A DNA stretch of 64,000 nt, from contig NC_068984.1 of NCBI RefSeq assembly GCF_001194135.2, forward strand, positions 95,426,922-95,490,921. The letters are read 5' to 3'. Of this stretch, positions 37,550 through 50,890 are shown one piece after another (positions within the stretch are counted from its first letter, which is position 1; each line of letters opens with the position of its first letter). The DNA comes from Octopus bimaculoides. Lineage: Eukaryota. The position numbers and the translations under genes were made by a program. Under the pieces are notes generated by a model that had not been told where the DNA came from, did not search any database, and saw nothing but the letters and a program-made list of their open reading frames with translations.

Positions 37550-38514
37550 AAGAAAACAAAAAATACTCGAGCTATTAACTGATCGATAAAATGAAAATAT
37601 TTTACTACTCGGTATAAAGTAGGCAGAACTGGAGAAAGATCATTTGAGTGAATTCGTAGTTGATGGCAGTGTCTGTTGATGAATGAGAGAACAATGTAAG
37701 TGTTGAGCAACACGTTTAAAATTAAGTCTTTTAGTTTCAAAACTATTTCGGAATATCGCAGTATATACATTTTATTTAACTAAACAGAGAATTAAGGTGT
37801 AAAGTTGGCGATAAATCAAATCTATCTGCAAGGAATTAATTTTTCTTCAACTTTACCTAATATATAGTGTCAATAGCGGTGAGGACATTTGTGTCTTAGG
37901 AACACGTGTTGGAAAATGGAAGACTTTAGGATAGTTTTGTATTATAATTCCTACATTTGGGTTGTTGCATAATAGGAATATATAAACCAATATCAATACT
38001 TGACAAGCATTTGATTTTATCGACTCTAGGGAATGTTAATGTTTAAACAAAAGATTTATAGAAATAAAGATTATGAAATTTAGGCAGAAAAAATAATAAT
38101 AGAAGGAAATCATTAAATTAATAAAAATAGAAAACACGCACACTCCCTTAAAATATACATCACGCCAGAGAAAACTGGTGTTGGTTTTTAACTACTGGTC
38201 AGCCCCGATCGAGCAGATTATAACCAAAAATGTTCCAGCCTTGACCATCTCGTCTTTTCTTCGAGATTATATTATCCAGTGTAATGGTAAGGTATATTTT
38301 GAGGGAGATTTGGCTTGTTTGAACCAGGTCAAGCGATCCCGTACAAGCTATGACCACATCAATAACATATAAGGATTATTTATTACAACATATATCAGGA
38401 ATTACATTGAGCTAAATTTATTGACATTTGTCACTAGGACGACATTAGCAACACAAGTGAGCATTTGAAATAGAAACATGACTGAATGGATCGCAGTATA
38501 TTACTGCTACATCC

Positions 38515-38556
<42 letters not shown>

Positions 38557-39318
38557 ACAAGAAATAAACGTGATGGTGTATATATATATAATCTACAAGA
38601 AATAAACGTGATGGTAATGTCAACTAGTATCTAATCTGAATGACACTTAATGACACGCAGTCGTTCGACTTGCTAGAAATAGCAACCAAGTTTCTTTAAT
38701 TCACAAAACGACAATGGAGAATGTAGTCCCCGAGACAGAAAAAACAAAACAAAACAGGGAAAGTCTTGATTGGAACACTTTTGATTACAACTGTTTTAAA
38801 TGGGCTNNNNNNNNNNNNNNNNNNNNNNNNNNNNNNNNNNNNNNNNNNNNNNNNNNNNNNNNNNNNNNNNNNNNNNNNNNNNNNNNNNNNNNNNNNNNNN
38901 NNNNNNNNNNNNNNNNNNNNNNNNNNNNNNNNNNNNNNNNNNNNNNNNNNNNNNNNNNNNNNNNNNNNNNNNNNNNNNNNNNNNNNNNNNNNNNNNNNNN
39001 NNNNNNNNNNNNNNNNNNNNNNNNNNNNNNNNNNNNNNNNNNNNNNNNNNNNNNNNNNNNNNNNNNNNNNNNNNNNNNNNNNNNNNNNNNNNNNNNNNNN
39101 NNNNNNNNNNNNNNNNNNNNNNNNNNNNNNNNNNNNNNNNNNNNNNNNNNNNNNNNNNNNNNNNNNNNNNNNNNNNNNNNNNNNNNNNNNNNNNNNNNNN
39201 NNNNNNNNNNNNNNNNNNNNNNNNNNNNNNNNNNNNNNNNNNNNNNNNNNNNNNNNNNNNNNNNNNNNNNNNNNNNNNNNNNNNNNNNNNNNNNNNNNNN
39301 NNNNNNNNNNNNNNNNNN

Positions 39319-39414
<96 letters not shown>

Positions 39415-41200
39415 ATATCTGTCTCGGTGTGTATATATAAGTCGCTAGATAGGACAACAATACAACATAAAATAGTTGACTGTTGACGACAGCTAATTCT
39501 ATAACGTGAAATAATATCAATAACGTCAAATCGCGATTGAGATATTCTGCAACATATATTCCCTAATATTTCCACATTTCTTCACAAGAACTGTAGCATT
39601 TCTCATATACATACATACAAATATATATACATATATATATATATATGTATGTGTGTGTGTTGTGGGTGTATATATATATATATATATAAATATATATATA
39701 TAGGGATATATTTTGTGGGGGAGGTTCTTGAAGTGAGTTTTAAATAATTTCCAGTATGTAAAATTAAGTATAATAAACTAGAATCTAGTGCTGTATTTGT
39801 CGTAGATAAAACATTGTGAGACAAATAACCATTACAGTTGGTCTATCATTGTGTGCGGAACTACACTAGAGTCACTTCTGTGATAGTGATGGTGGTGGTG
39901 GGCGGAATGAGATAGTAGGGGTGGTTGTAGTGGTAGTACAGATAATCGTTATTGTGGTGCTGGTGATGATAGCGGTGGTAGTGATGGTGAGAGTTAGCTT
40001 CCTAAATCTCTCTACAGGTCGTTGACGTACTTTTCTAACTGTTGCTACTCTTACTGCAGCTACTTTCACGTTACAACTGTTGGTATTGGTGCTAATGATG
40101 ATGATAGTTTTATTGTTTTGCCTAAGGTCAGTTCTGATCAAGAAGACCGATAATCAAAGCTGCTCCAGATGCGACCAACTTGTCTGAACATAGTGTATGA
40201 CGGAATGATTTAACTATCTAATGTGTCCTTCCTTATTTAAAAAATAAGGAAGACAAGTAGGGAAATTTTGGCTGCTATTTTTAAGAGATCAAATAACCAT
40301 GTTTGGCCTTTTCAGTGATGGTGGTGATGATGGTTGTAAGTTCCAGTCATCCGTGTGTGGTGTGATCACCTGATCTGACACCGGTAGGCGGAGCTTAAAG
40401 GAGGAGTTGTGAAACGCTGGTCGTTCGATCTGAAGTTTTGACTAATTTGACGTAAACATCATCACGTTAAGGTTATGAGTGTGAGAAAGAGTAAAGGGAG
40501 TAGGGCACTGAGAATGTGAGAGAAAGATATGTTTATAAAGACAGAGGAAGAAAGTTGGCAGAATTAGTACGACGATGGATACAATTCGTGTGGTATTTAG
40601 TTATAGATCTTCTCGTTCTGAGTTTCAATGCAGTCGATGTCAATTTCATTTTACATGCTTCGAGTTGGAAATAAAAATAAAAATATAAGTATTTAACTGG
40701 TGCCAATATAATATTCCTACAAGATATTTTAGTTGCGAATGGAATTCTAGAGAAGAAGCTGAAGAACGATAAAGGTAAACAAAGAAAAGGGGAAAGTGAG
40801 GGACGAGAAAATGAAAGGACAGACGAAAGAAGGAAAAAAAAAAATAAATAAGTGTGAATGGCAGTGAAGAAATATAAGTTGTGAAAGTGAGAAGGTGAAA
40901 GGAAACATTATAGGTTGACGTGAATTGTGATATTGATGAGTGTGAGAGATAAGAAGGGTGAAAGCTGCTTTTATTCCTTCGGATCTGAATTTAGAAAATC
41001 TAATTGCTTAATAGTAGGGGAAGAACAGTACCCATGATCATTTTCAGGATCTCTGAGACTGGTGAAGGAAAGGATAAAAATATCATCAAACTCGAGTTTA
41101 GATGAATGAATTTAACAGTCCTTGATAAAGATACTTACCGGTCAAATGGTGGTATTAAATAGGATGATTGTTCGGTACTAGTAATACTACATGTTTACAC
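37550..41200. promoter_or_regulatory. CpG-retaining region, putative promoter/TSS zone
   Basis: Non-repeat sequence here keeps many CpGs (e.g. 37560-37800, 39420-39540, 40350-40450) whereas the flanks are visibly CpG-depleted. Contains a GC box-like ggcggag (~40387), a CRE-like tgacgtaa (~40449) and a minus-strand donor CCG|GTAAGTAT at 41139/41138. Confidence 0.4.
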
Positions 41201-41639
41201 TAATATTCACTCCTTCACTAAACAAGAACTGTACCTCAGTGAAAAGAAATTCACTTTTATTATCATAAATATGTGTTTATCTTTATGTTAAATGGTTCTG
41301 TAAATGTAGGTTACTGTTGAATGACAGATGGCAGGATATAAGGTAATGTGGAAGCTCCTGTGGGGTTGGACGGCAGAATAAAACAGCAGTCAAATCTCTC
41401 TCAACTCATCCAACTATTGTTAGAAATACAAAGAAACATTATATGATATCTAGAAGGCTTCAGAATAAATAATGAATAAATAAAAAACAACAAAACAACT
41501 TTTGTTTTTGCTAAATCTGGAAGAAGGAGCAGAGCCCATGATTCTTGCAAGCCCTCCAAGACTAGTGAAATTGGTATCATTAATGTTCCATTTAAGCTAT
41601 TGCAGATCAACACGTCCAGGAAAGATATGAGTGGAGAGG

Positions 41640-42400
41640 AGATTCTAGGGGGATAAAAGATTGGGCATAGTGGTTAGTGTAGGGGAAGGGGTTATATGCA
41701 CTATGGGTGCTAAAAAGTAGAGAGATGAATGGGTCAGGAGTTGCCTGAATGGTGAAGGTATGAGATCTCCATCTCTAAGGAGCAAGGCCATTATAGTAGC
41801 AAGAGAAAAAAACTCAGAAAGGACAGCACATCTATGTGCCAAAGACTTCAGTGTTTCTGTTAGAGATGGAGTGCCAGTTAGCCTAATGACTTGGATGAAG
41901 TCCAAGTTGTCAAAGTGTGTAGTAGCATCACCATTCTAGATGAAGGAGCAGTATCCATTGCAGGTCCCACTTGAGCATTGTGAAGTGTCAGCAGCTGTTA
42001 AGGGTCTGAAATATCTTCTGGTGCCAAAGAGAAGGGTCAATCCTTGGGGTACAGTACTAGCTATACTAAGGATGTATTTTCACTAGGAAAAATCTTCAGT
42101 GATAATGAGACATAGCATTTGGAACAACTGTTTAAGCTCTAACTGAGACTCACTCATGTTTACAGGGAGTGTGGTGAGGTGGTGTCTTCTTGCTATGAGT
42201 AGTGCTTGAAGTTTTTTTGCTGTTAAAAGAGATAAGGTTTATATGGTCCCACTGAAGGATTCTCTCAAGGTCTCCATTTATGCAATCAATGCAGGTTTGG
42301 CATGAGATGTTTAGGTCATATATGAATGAAGCATGGCTTGGGAAGGGGTACAATAGTAGGCATCCATTGGTCTTGAGAGACCATGGATTTTTGCATGGAA
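41640..42400 (-). mobile_element. Jockey/CR1-group LINE, RT 3' relic
   Basis: Frames DLERILQW...NLISFNSKKT, GYCSFI*NGDA, LDFIQVIRL, LAHRCAV follow the usual RT C-terminal order. Confidence 0.6.
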
Positions 42401-42639
42401 AATTTTGTCAGCTGCTGATGTGGCTGTAGAATCTCACATGAGAGTGGCAATCATGCATACAGTGACTGCATTTGAAGAAGCTCTCTGCTGGTGCTACTAG
42501 TTTTTCCTTTTGCTGAGTGCGCTTTTCTTGGGTGGTAAGTTCCTCTTTCTCTTCCCCTCACTTCATCCCCTTTTGCAGTATTTGTTTCCAGCATGGGTGA
42601 TCATTTTCAACCGATCCCATCTCAGAACATCCAGATCTA

Positions 42640-43480
42640 TTGACTTCATATCTCTCTTGCAGATGTCCTTGAAACTAAGATGAGGAGGTTCTCATGCTCT
42701 TGTGCTGGTAGCCGATTCCCCATATAGGAGGCCTTTTGGGATCCTTTCATATGTCATGTAATCTACATGGCCGAGACAGTGCTGCAGGAGCAGGGTGAAT
42801 ATACTGGGGATCTTGGCACAGTTAAGGACTTTGGTGTTGGTGATGCAGTCGGTCCACTTGATATCCAAGATGTGTTTCAAATTACAAAGGTGAAAGATGT
42901 TGAAACACTGCTCCTGTCTTGAGTAGAGGCTCCATGTCTCATTGCTGTAGTGTACTGAGGACGCATGCTTTTTAGACTGCAGTCTTGGAGTTTGCAGCCA
43001 GTTTTCTGTTTTCCCAGACTCTCTTTGTGAGCTTGGCAATGTGGAGGATGCTTATCCAATTCACCTGCTGATCTCAGGGTCCAGGGAGAGGTCATCAGAG
43101 ATGGTAGAGCTGAGGTAGATGAATTGATGGAGTACCTCCAGCTTGTAGTTGTTGATGGTGATAATGATGGAGGTGCTTGACACCTTGGCCCAGTACATTG
43201 GTCTTCTTTAGACTGATAGTCAGGCTGAATTCCTGACAGGCTTTGTGAGTTTGTCCACAAGATGCTGTGTTTGCTCCTTAGAGTGCAGTCAGTGCTGTGT
43301 TGTCTGTGAACAGTACCTGATGTACCCTGGATTTTATTTTCAACCTCAACAGACTAAACAGTTTACCATCTGATCTGGTGTGAAAGCAGACACCATCAGT
43401 TGACGTTCCAAATGTGTGTTTCAGCATGACTGCAAAGAAGATACCAAACGGTGGGGGTAAGCACACAACCCAGTTTCATG
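42640..43480 (-). mobile_element. RTE (BovB-like) RT C-terminal fragment
   Basis: DGKLFSLLRLK, YSNETWSLYSRQ, ILDIKWTDCITN, IPKGLLYGE. Confidence 0.85.
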
Positions 43481-43499
43481 CTGCTACATATTATTTCTT

Positions 43500-43690
43500 T
43501 ACTGCCCACAAGGACAGACAAACGGATTAAGTAGATTATATTGACCCCAGTGTGTAACTGGTACTTATTTAATCGACCCTGAAAGGATGAAAGGCAAAGT
43601 CGACCACAGCGGAATTTGAACTCAGAACGTAGCGGCCGATGAAATACCACTAAGCATTTTGCCTGGCATGCTAACGCTTCTGCCAGCTCG
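43500..43690 (-). mobile_element. tRNA-derived SINE (same family as 36995)
   Basis: Reverse copy: gaaaggatgaaaggcaaagtcgac...aatttgaactcagaacg...ctgccagctcg. Confidence 0.85.
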
Positions 43691-44339
43691 CTATGTATAT
43701 TGAATGCCTCCAAAGAAGAGCCATCAAATTGAATGATGCCTTTCATATCCATGTGAAATGATTGGACAATCCTGAAGAGTCTTGGGGGACAACCAATCTT
43801 GGTGAGGATTTTGAACAGGCTGGGGGTATAAAGTAATTAAGTTTAACAGGAGTACAAGGTAATTAATTTTATTAGGAGGACATGGTAATTAATATTATAC
43901 TGTACAGAAGAAAAAGATAGAGTTCAAGGTAATTGACTAAAGTCCTTTGTGAAGTAGTGAAGAAAAGAAAACGGAAGAAGAAAGTTCTGTTGAGTCAGTG
44001 TTTATAATGAAAGTTGCATGGTTAAATGTATAAGAGAAATAGGTATTGTGGATTAGAGCTTTGCAGCTAAAAGGTTGCTTCTTGGGCAAGGGAGAAAATT
44101 TGCAAGGGCATGTGTATGTTATAAAGTTAAGAGAGAAGGTGTGTGTGTGTGTGTATAGGGAAATGTGTATGCATATATAGGGGATTGTGTGTAGGTGTGA
44201 ATGTCCTGCTATGTAAGCAGTGGAAACAAGTTGTAATGGTAAATAGGTGAAAGGTGAGTTGTATGTCTGCATGTGTTCAGTGGATTTATCAGTATATGGG
44301 GAAGTCAGTGGGGAAACAGTTAGTATAGAGAAACAAATT

Positions 44340-47300
44340 ATTATCATCATTTAATGTCTGTTTTCCATGCTGGCATGAGTTGGCTGGATGCTCTTCCACA
44401 GAGTATACTGTGGTACTGGGCATTTTATACGTGGCACCATCACAGGTGCTTTTTAAGTGACACCAGCACCAGTGCTTTTTCTGTGGCACCAGCACCCACA
44501 CCAATGCTTTTTATTTGATACCTTAGTTTTAGGATCTCAACTCTTTTGTGGTTGGTGGAGTTTTCTCAAGTACAGCAATCTTGGACCATATCTTGGTTCT
44601 CTGTCGTCTCCTTCATAAGGTTCAGCATTTTGAGATTAGTCTTCAAAACTACATCCCATGTCTTCCTGTGTCTCCCTCTTCTACAATTCCCTCCACTTTA
44701 AGTGATCAGCACTTCTTTATGCAACTTTCCTCATCCATCTGCATCACATGATGAAACTAATGCAGTCTTCTCTCCTGCACACTGCATGTAATTCCTCTTA
44801 TGCCCAACTTCTTCATTACACCAATGTTCTGTCATACATGCACACTGATATTGCACATCCAGCAGAGCATACCAGCTTCATTTCTCTTTTCAGACTTTGC
44901 ATGTTCTCTGCATTCAGGGCCCACATCTCACTACCATGTAGCATCACAGTTTGTACACATACATCATACAATCTTCCCTTCACTTGGAAAGAGAAACCTT
45001 TGGTTGCCAATAGCTCTCTGAACTTTCTCCATCCTATTCTTATTCTAGCAATTGCACTTCTGTACAACCTCCTCCATTGCTAATGAGGTTACCTAGGTAG
45101 CAAAAATTATCTACAACTTTCAGAGAGCAACCAAGACACTTAAGGAAATCATTTTTCTGAGTATTGGTGGTCTTTATGTCTCCTGTACATCTTCCACATA
45201 CAAACACTACTTTCTCTGGTAATCTTCCATAGCATTCACAGGGTACACCAAATAGAATTTCTGCTTACACCCTTCCTACACATTGATGGGGGAAGGGCCC
45301 TGTCTAATTTTTTGCTTACTAGGACTTTGATCTTTGCTAAGTTTACTTTAAGACCTTTGATTCCAGGTTCTGTTTCCACACCTGGAATTTTTTTTCTAAT
45401 TCTGTTACAGATTCTGCTATGAAGCCAGAATCAACAAATGCTAAGTAAAATGGTTTGATCTTAGCTAAATACTTCTCTTGCAGTTGCCTATGAAAATAGG
45501 ATCAGTGGTGCTTCTTCCTGACACAAAACCGAACTACATTTCATCATGTCTAATTTTGTTCCTAATTAATTGGGCTATAACTCTCCATAACTTTCATCAC
45601 CTGGTCGAGCAATTTGATGCCTCTATAATCTAAGGCATCTCCTTTGCCCTTATTGCAGCTGACTATGATGCAGCTGTACCAATCACTAGGGATTACACCT
45701 TCCTGAATAACCTGATTAACTATACAGGTGACTTGACTGTAACCAACTCTACCAGATATCTTGAGCATCTCGACAGTGACTCCTGATAAACCAGGGGTCT
45801 TTTCTGTTTTCATATCTTTAATTGCCTTATCTATCATGCTGCTGTCAACTAGGGTAACTGATCCCTCTGTTGGGTCCACATGAAGAAGACTCCCTTCCTC
45901 CCATTCATTCTCCACATTTAATAGTCTCTCATACTAGCTCTTCTACACCTCTTTCATTTCATAGTCAATAAGAGAAAGCATACCATTAACTGTCCACACA
46001 CACTTCTCTCCCACATCTTGATTCTCTCTAACGCATTCCTTTCTGCTTTTGCCCTAGCTAGATATACTTGACACCTATCTTTTCTTTTAGTTATCTGATA
46101 TGATTCTTTGCTACCCCAACTCTTCCAGTCTTTCCAGGCCTGTCTCTTCTCTTTTATAGCCCTATCTACCTCCCTATTCTACCACCATGAAATCCATGGT
46201 CTGGAGGGAGCTTTGCTTCAACCTCAGATTTGGTCTCCACTCTCAGTAGATTGTTCCATAAGAACCTCCAGTTGTCTTCTATGCCATATGTGTCCATCTT
46301 TACCCCCTTCTCATCAAAGGCTTCATTAAGGACATCTCTAAATTTTTGCCCATTGGAAGGGTCCTTGAGCTCCTAGAACCTCATTTTCCACATTGGTTTG
46401 TGTCTCAGGGTCCTTTGAGCTCTAAGTTTGATGTCACTAACCACTAACTTATGTTGAGTTGTGTATTTTTCACCAGGGAAAGACTTTACATTCACGAGCA
46501 TAAGCCTGTCCCTGTTTCTGGTGGGGATGTAGTCAATCTGGCTTGTGTGCCCACCAGACTGATTAATAATCAGATAGCTCACAGATTTCCTGAAGTTGGT
46601 GTTGCAAACCATTACATCCTTTGCATCACAGAACTCCAGCAGCCTTGTTCCACTCTCATTTCTGGAGCCAACGCCATGGTCTCCATGCATACTGTGGTGC
46701 GATGGAGGAAGAAGACAACAAGAAGCAAAAGGACAGAATGAAGCGTTGGACCTTACCTTGCCGACCGCAGCGGGGTACACGATCGCTCCTAATCAGAACA
46801 CGTCTTTCTCGTAACGTCGCTGTTTTCTCACTGGCCCCACGTGCTAGCCTTCGACCGCGTGTCGCCGACGTCCGATCTGACCCTTCCGGTTTGGCCCTTC
46901 CGGTCTGGCTTCACCTCTGTTTGCCTCACCCCTCTCCACCACAACACATAGCTCGTCACAGCCCATAACACCACAGATACCATGGAAACCATCAGAGTAT
47001 TTTCCAAAATCACCATTGAAGTGCCCTGTTATGATGAAAACATCATTGTCTTTCGGTGTCGAGGTAGTCTGCTGAAGGGATTCATAGAAATGGCCCTTAT
47101 GAATATCTGCAAGTCTGACATGTGGAGTATATGCAGAGATAAAAGACATTGTTACATTAAGCAAAACTAATCTTAGCTTGATAATCCTATCCCACACCCT
47201 GACTACATCAATCATCTTATCTACTCATTTCGCTGCCAAAAGAATACCTACACCACCTAAGCCATCATTGTTTCCCACTCAGAAGAACTTGTATCTATGT

Positions 47301-47450
47301 CTCTTGCTCATGAGCAGTCTTGCTGAGGCATCCCTCTATCATATCTCTTGCATGCATCACACATCTACATGCTTCCACTCAAGCATTTCAACAATCTCAC
47401 CAAACAGCTCTAAGCCTGTGAACCTGAGAAGTTGTAGGGATGTTTTTCAG
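44340..47450 (-). mobile_element. RTE LINE, long decayed copy interrupted by a solo LTR
   Basis: Colinear fragments: endonuclease (46980-47400 and 46373-46690, GSRNESGTRLLEFCDA), RT start (KTPGLSGVTVEMLK, YRGIKLLDQVMK), C-terminal SAIARIRIGWRKFREL, and the tail at 44340. Confidence 0.85.
46693..46975. mobile_element. Solo LTR, 283 bp
   Basis: TG...CA ends with 7-bp inverted termini TGTGGTG / CACCACA; flanks catac / gatac (5-bp TSD, one mismatch); splits the RTE endonuclease reading frame. Confidence 0.8.
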
Positions 47451-47645
47451 CATCTGGAAAAAAGATTTTAGTGGTTTCTTGCCTGAAGGCAATGGGTCAT
47501 TTGGCTTGGTGTAAGCAGGTACAGGTACAGATTGCTGCATGAATTACAATTACAATTACAATTTCTTTCAATTCGATAAAGCGTTTGTGGGTATTCAACT
47601 ATGGGGTGGGGTGGTTGGTTAGCAGATAAATTAGAAGTTTTCAAT

Positions 47646-47683
<38 letters not shown>

Positions 47684-47709
47684 TATTATTATTGTTATTA
47701 TCATTATCA

Positions 47710-47910
47710 AGGCAGCAAGCTGGCATAATCACTAGCACTCCAGGTGAAATGCTTTGTGGTACTTTGTTTGCATGTTCTGAGTTAAAATTCCACCGAGGTC
47801 AACTTTCATCTTTTTGGGGTCAATAAATTAAATACCAGTGAAATACTGGGGTCAATATAATTAACTGGTCTCCTCCCCCAAAATTTCAGGCCTCATGCCT
47901 TTAGTAGAAA
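47710..47910 (+). mobile_element. Older tRNA-derived SINE copy
   Basis: ggcagcaagctggc...ctgagttaaaattccaccgaggtcaactttcatc. Confidence 0.75.
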
Positions 47911-47912
47911 GG

Positions 47913-47969
<57 letters not shown>

Positions 47970-47980
47970 ATAATAATATA

Positions 47981-48207
47981 AGGCGGTGAGCTGGCAGAAA
48001 CGTTAGCACGCCGGGCGAAATACTTAGCGGTATTTCGTCTGCCGCTACGTTCTGAGTTCAAATTCCGCTGAGGCCGACTTTGCCTTTCATCCTTTCGGGG
48101 TCGATTAAATAAGTACTAGTTACGCACTGGGGTCGATATAATCGGCTTAATCTGTTTGTCTGTCCTTGTTTGTCCTCTCTGTGTGTAGCCCCTTGTGGGC
48201 AGCAAAG
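47981..48207 (+). mobile_element. Young tRNA-derived SINE inserted in (ATT)n
   Basis: Near-identical to 36995-37227, CpGs intact, (ATT)n tracts on both sides. Confidence 0.9.
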
Positions 48208-49419
48208 ATATTATTATTATTATTATTATTATTATTATGATTATTAAGGTAACAATTATTCTTTGGCAATGCAGAAGTAACCACACACACCATAATAATA
48301 TATACTTCTGAATCCTCACCAGCATTGCATTGTAGACATATATACATAAACAAACACTCGTACACATAAGTATATACCCATACAGTACACACCTGTAAAA
48401 CCAGCTCACAGTTTGTAAAAATTGTCAAGTGCACTATTTGTATATCTATATACATACACATACACACATACACATGTGCATAAATATATGCCATAGTACT
48501 ACAGTGGATATACATCAGCAAGGTAACAAAGATATATGAACATCAACATGTGTGCATGCACTCAAACCTCCTTGGTTTGAGGTGGCAGTGAGGGGTGAGT
48601 GGGAGGGGAAAATACCAGTTATTAATTCCAGTGGGTGAGCTGTGTGTAGATAGAAGAATAGCTGTTGTTCATGGTGCAAGCATGAAGCAGACGTTCCATG
48701 ATAATAATATGATCAGAAGAATTAAAGTGAGAAGACACAGATTGAAGTGGTTCTCTGCTGTTATGTTAGAAATTTAAAAGAGCCTCTCTAAACAGTTTGC
48801 TAATCTCTGAATAGTGTCTTCAATCTACAGTAAGCTGTAAAGCTGACCCTTTAATAATGTAAGCAATGTTCTTGGTGGGACAGGTGAAATAGTTAAGTCC
48901 ATGTAGGGTGGTAATGTTTTAGATGAACAGACATGCATTGCAGTGGGCATGTGAGAAGGTAAAGAATGTAAACTTGGTTTGGCAAGTTATGAAAGAACTA
49001 TGAATCAGGGGTTCATGGAGATTGCAGTTACATGTGAAGAAAGGGAGAGGATATTCAGAAAAAATGTAGAAAGTAATAAGGGAAATGGAAAGTAGTTGGT
49101 GGTAGAGTGGATATGAGACATGAAGATGATAGTACAATCATCATTGCATCCATACTATTAACTGCATCTCCATCCTTATGTCATCAAGTTGGAGTCATGA
49201 CCACAGTGATAGTGAATATGAAGGAATTGTGAATAGGGGTTGGACCCCTTAAATCTGGTACCATATGGTTCAGCACTCTATGGTTTGATATATTTTGAAT
49301 CTTCCTCCTGTATTACATTACATTAAAAATAAAAATTCATTCAGAAGCAGTATTAGTTGTATTATTTCCTGTTTTAAGCTTTGTTCTAGCTTTCATAAGA
49401 CATTAATATATATATGACA

Positions 49420-49630
49420 TAGGCAGTGAACTGATAGAATTTTTAGCATGCCAGGCAAATTGCTTAGTGGCATTTCGTCCATTTTATGCTCTGTGTTCAA
49501 ATTCCACCGAGGTCAACTTTGCCTTTCATCCCCTTCAGGGTTGATAAAATAAGTATCAGTTGAGCCCAAGGGTTGATATAACTGATTTATCCCTCCCCTG
49601 AAATTGCTGGCCTTGTACCAAAATTTGAAA
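49420..49630 (+). mobile_element. tRNA-derived SINE copy
   Basis: ggcagtgaactgatagaa...gttcaaattccaccgaggtcaactttgcctttcatccc. Confidence 0.8.
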
Positions 49631-49969
49631 TCAATCTATATATGTGACATGAAAGGGTAAGGCAATGTTTATATAAGGGCTTCCCTCAGGGGTCAATTTC
49701 TGTTTCCTTGTATTTTCCAGTGGCCCAGCAATGACCAAGACCTAGAATGGGTCTGTTGAATTGGAGCTGATATAGAACTAAACAAGAATATGGAATTATT
49801 TGCTACCATAGGTAATATCAAGAAATATGGCATACATGCTATAAGTCAACTTTTGTCAAATTTTTACAAAATGATGAAATGAATATTAATTTTCAAAAGA
49901 AATATATTTTGGTTGAGAACAAAAGTTCAGACTGTTTTTGTAAGTAAAATTCGAACACAATATTTAGAT

Positions 49970-50500
49970 ACTCAACATGTTTCCTTTTGTTCCACTACCT
50001 TTTGTCATCATTGAGGCAGCTTCATGACCCCATCTTCTCAAAACTTGATTTCTTTCTGGACTTGTCTTCATGACTTTTATAGTCTTCCAAAGAATTGAAG
50101 TTCTTCCTACTGAAAGAATTTTGTAATGATTGAAATAAATGATAGTCCAAAGGTATATATGGTAGGCGTGGTAGGACATCTCAGCCAAGCTACACCAATT
50201 TCTGCTGGGTCTAGCATTGTCTTGAATGAAGTTGACATTCTTTTGATTGGTTAATTCTGGAGGTGTTTCATCAATTACCTCCTTTAATCAGTCTAATTGG
50301 GAACAATGATTTCTGAATTCAAAATGTGATTTTGCAAAAGGAGCTTGTAATACACAAAGCCTTTCCAATCCCACCAGATACAGAGCATCACATATTTTGG
50401 ATATTGTGGTGGTTAATTTAATTTTCTTTGGAGCTTTTTTTCATGCCACATTGTTGTAAATAATTCGTTTTTCATTACCTGCAATCTTCCTTTTCAAAAA
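49970..50500 (-). mobile_element. mariner transposase C-terminal relic
   Basis: QKLV*LG*DVLPRLPY...DYHLFQSLQNSFSRKNFNSLED matches the mariner LPHPPYSPDLAPxDYHLF region. Confidence 0.75.
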
Positions 50501-50890
50501 TTTGTATTTTGTGTTGTTTGAGCAGAGAATTGTAGATAGAAATGTGGCTCATTAAATTTTTTTCCCTTAATTTATGTGGCACTCAAACATCATGGTGCCT
50601 TATAACATTCATATGAAATATGTGAAATATCCCTGTGATGTCTCATGTTATGTGACATAGATTATTTTTGATTATATGCATATGTCATGTGAGAAACAAA
50701 ATCACATGTTTAAATGCTACCAAAAGAAAAATGACATGAAGTTTTGTTCCAACCCAATAGATTACCTTAAAATAATATTTGATAAAGCTATATTCAAGAA
50801 GTAAAAAAGAAAGAAATTAGAAAAAAAAAATTTATTTTTTTAGATTATGGAAGTCCACAACCACTCATCCTCTTCTCGCTTTCATATATA

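Noticed and set aside
38554-38615. 24-bp duplication around a (TA)n tract; similar short tandem duplications at ~12580, ~14010, ~61560 and ~62745
   Set aside because: Simple slippage or assembly overlap; not spacer-separated arrays, so not CRISPR-like.
39872-40141. Thr-rich 89-aa ORF in the CpG-retaining zone
   Set aside because: Low-complexity (GGT/GAT) sequence; its start lies in a dispersed repeat.
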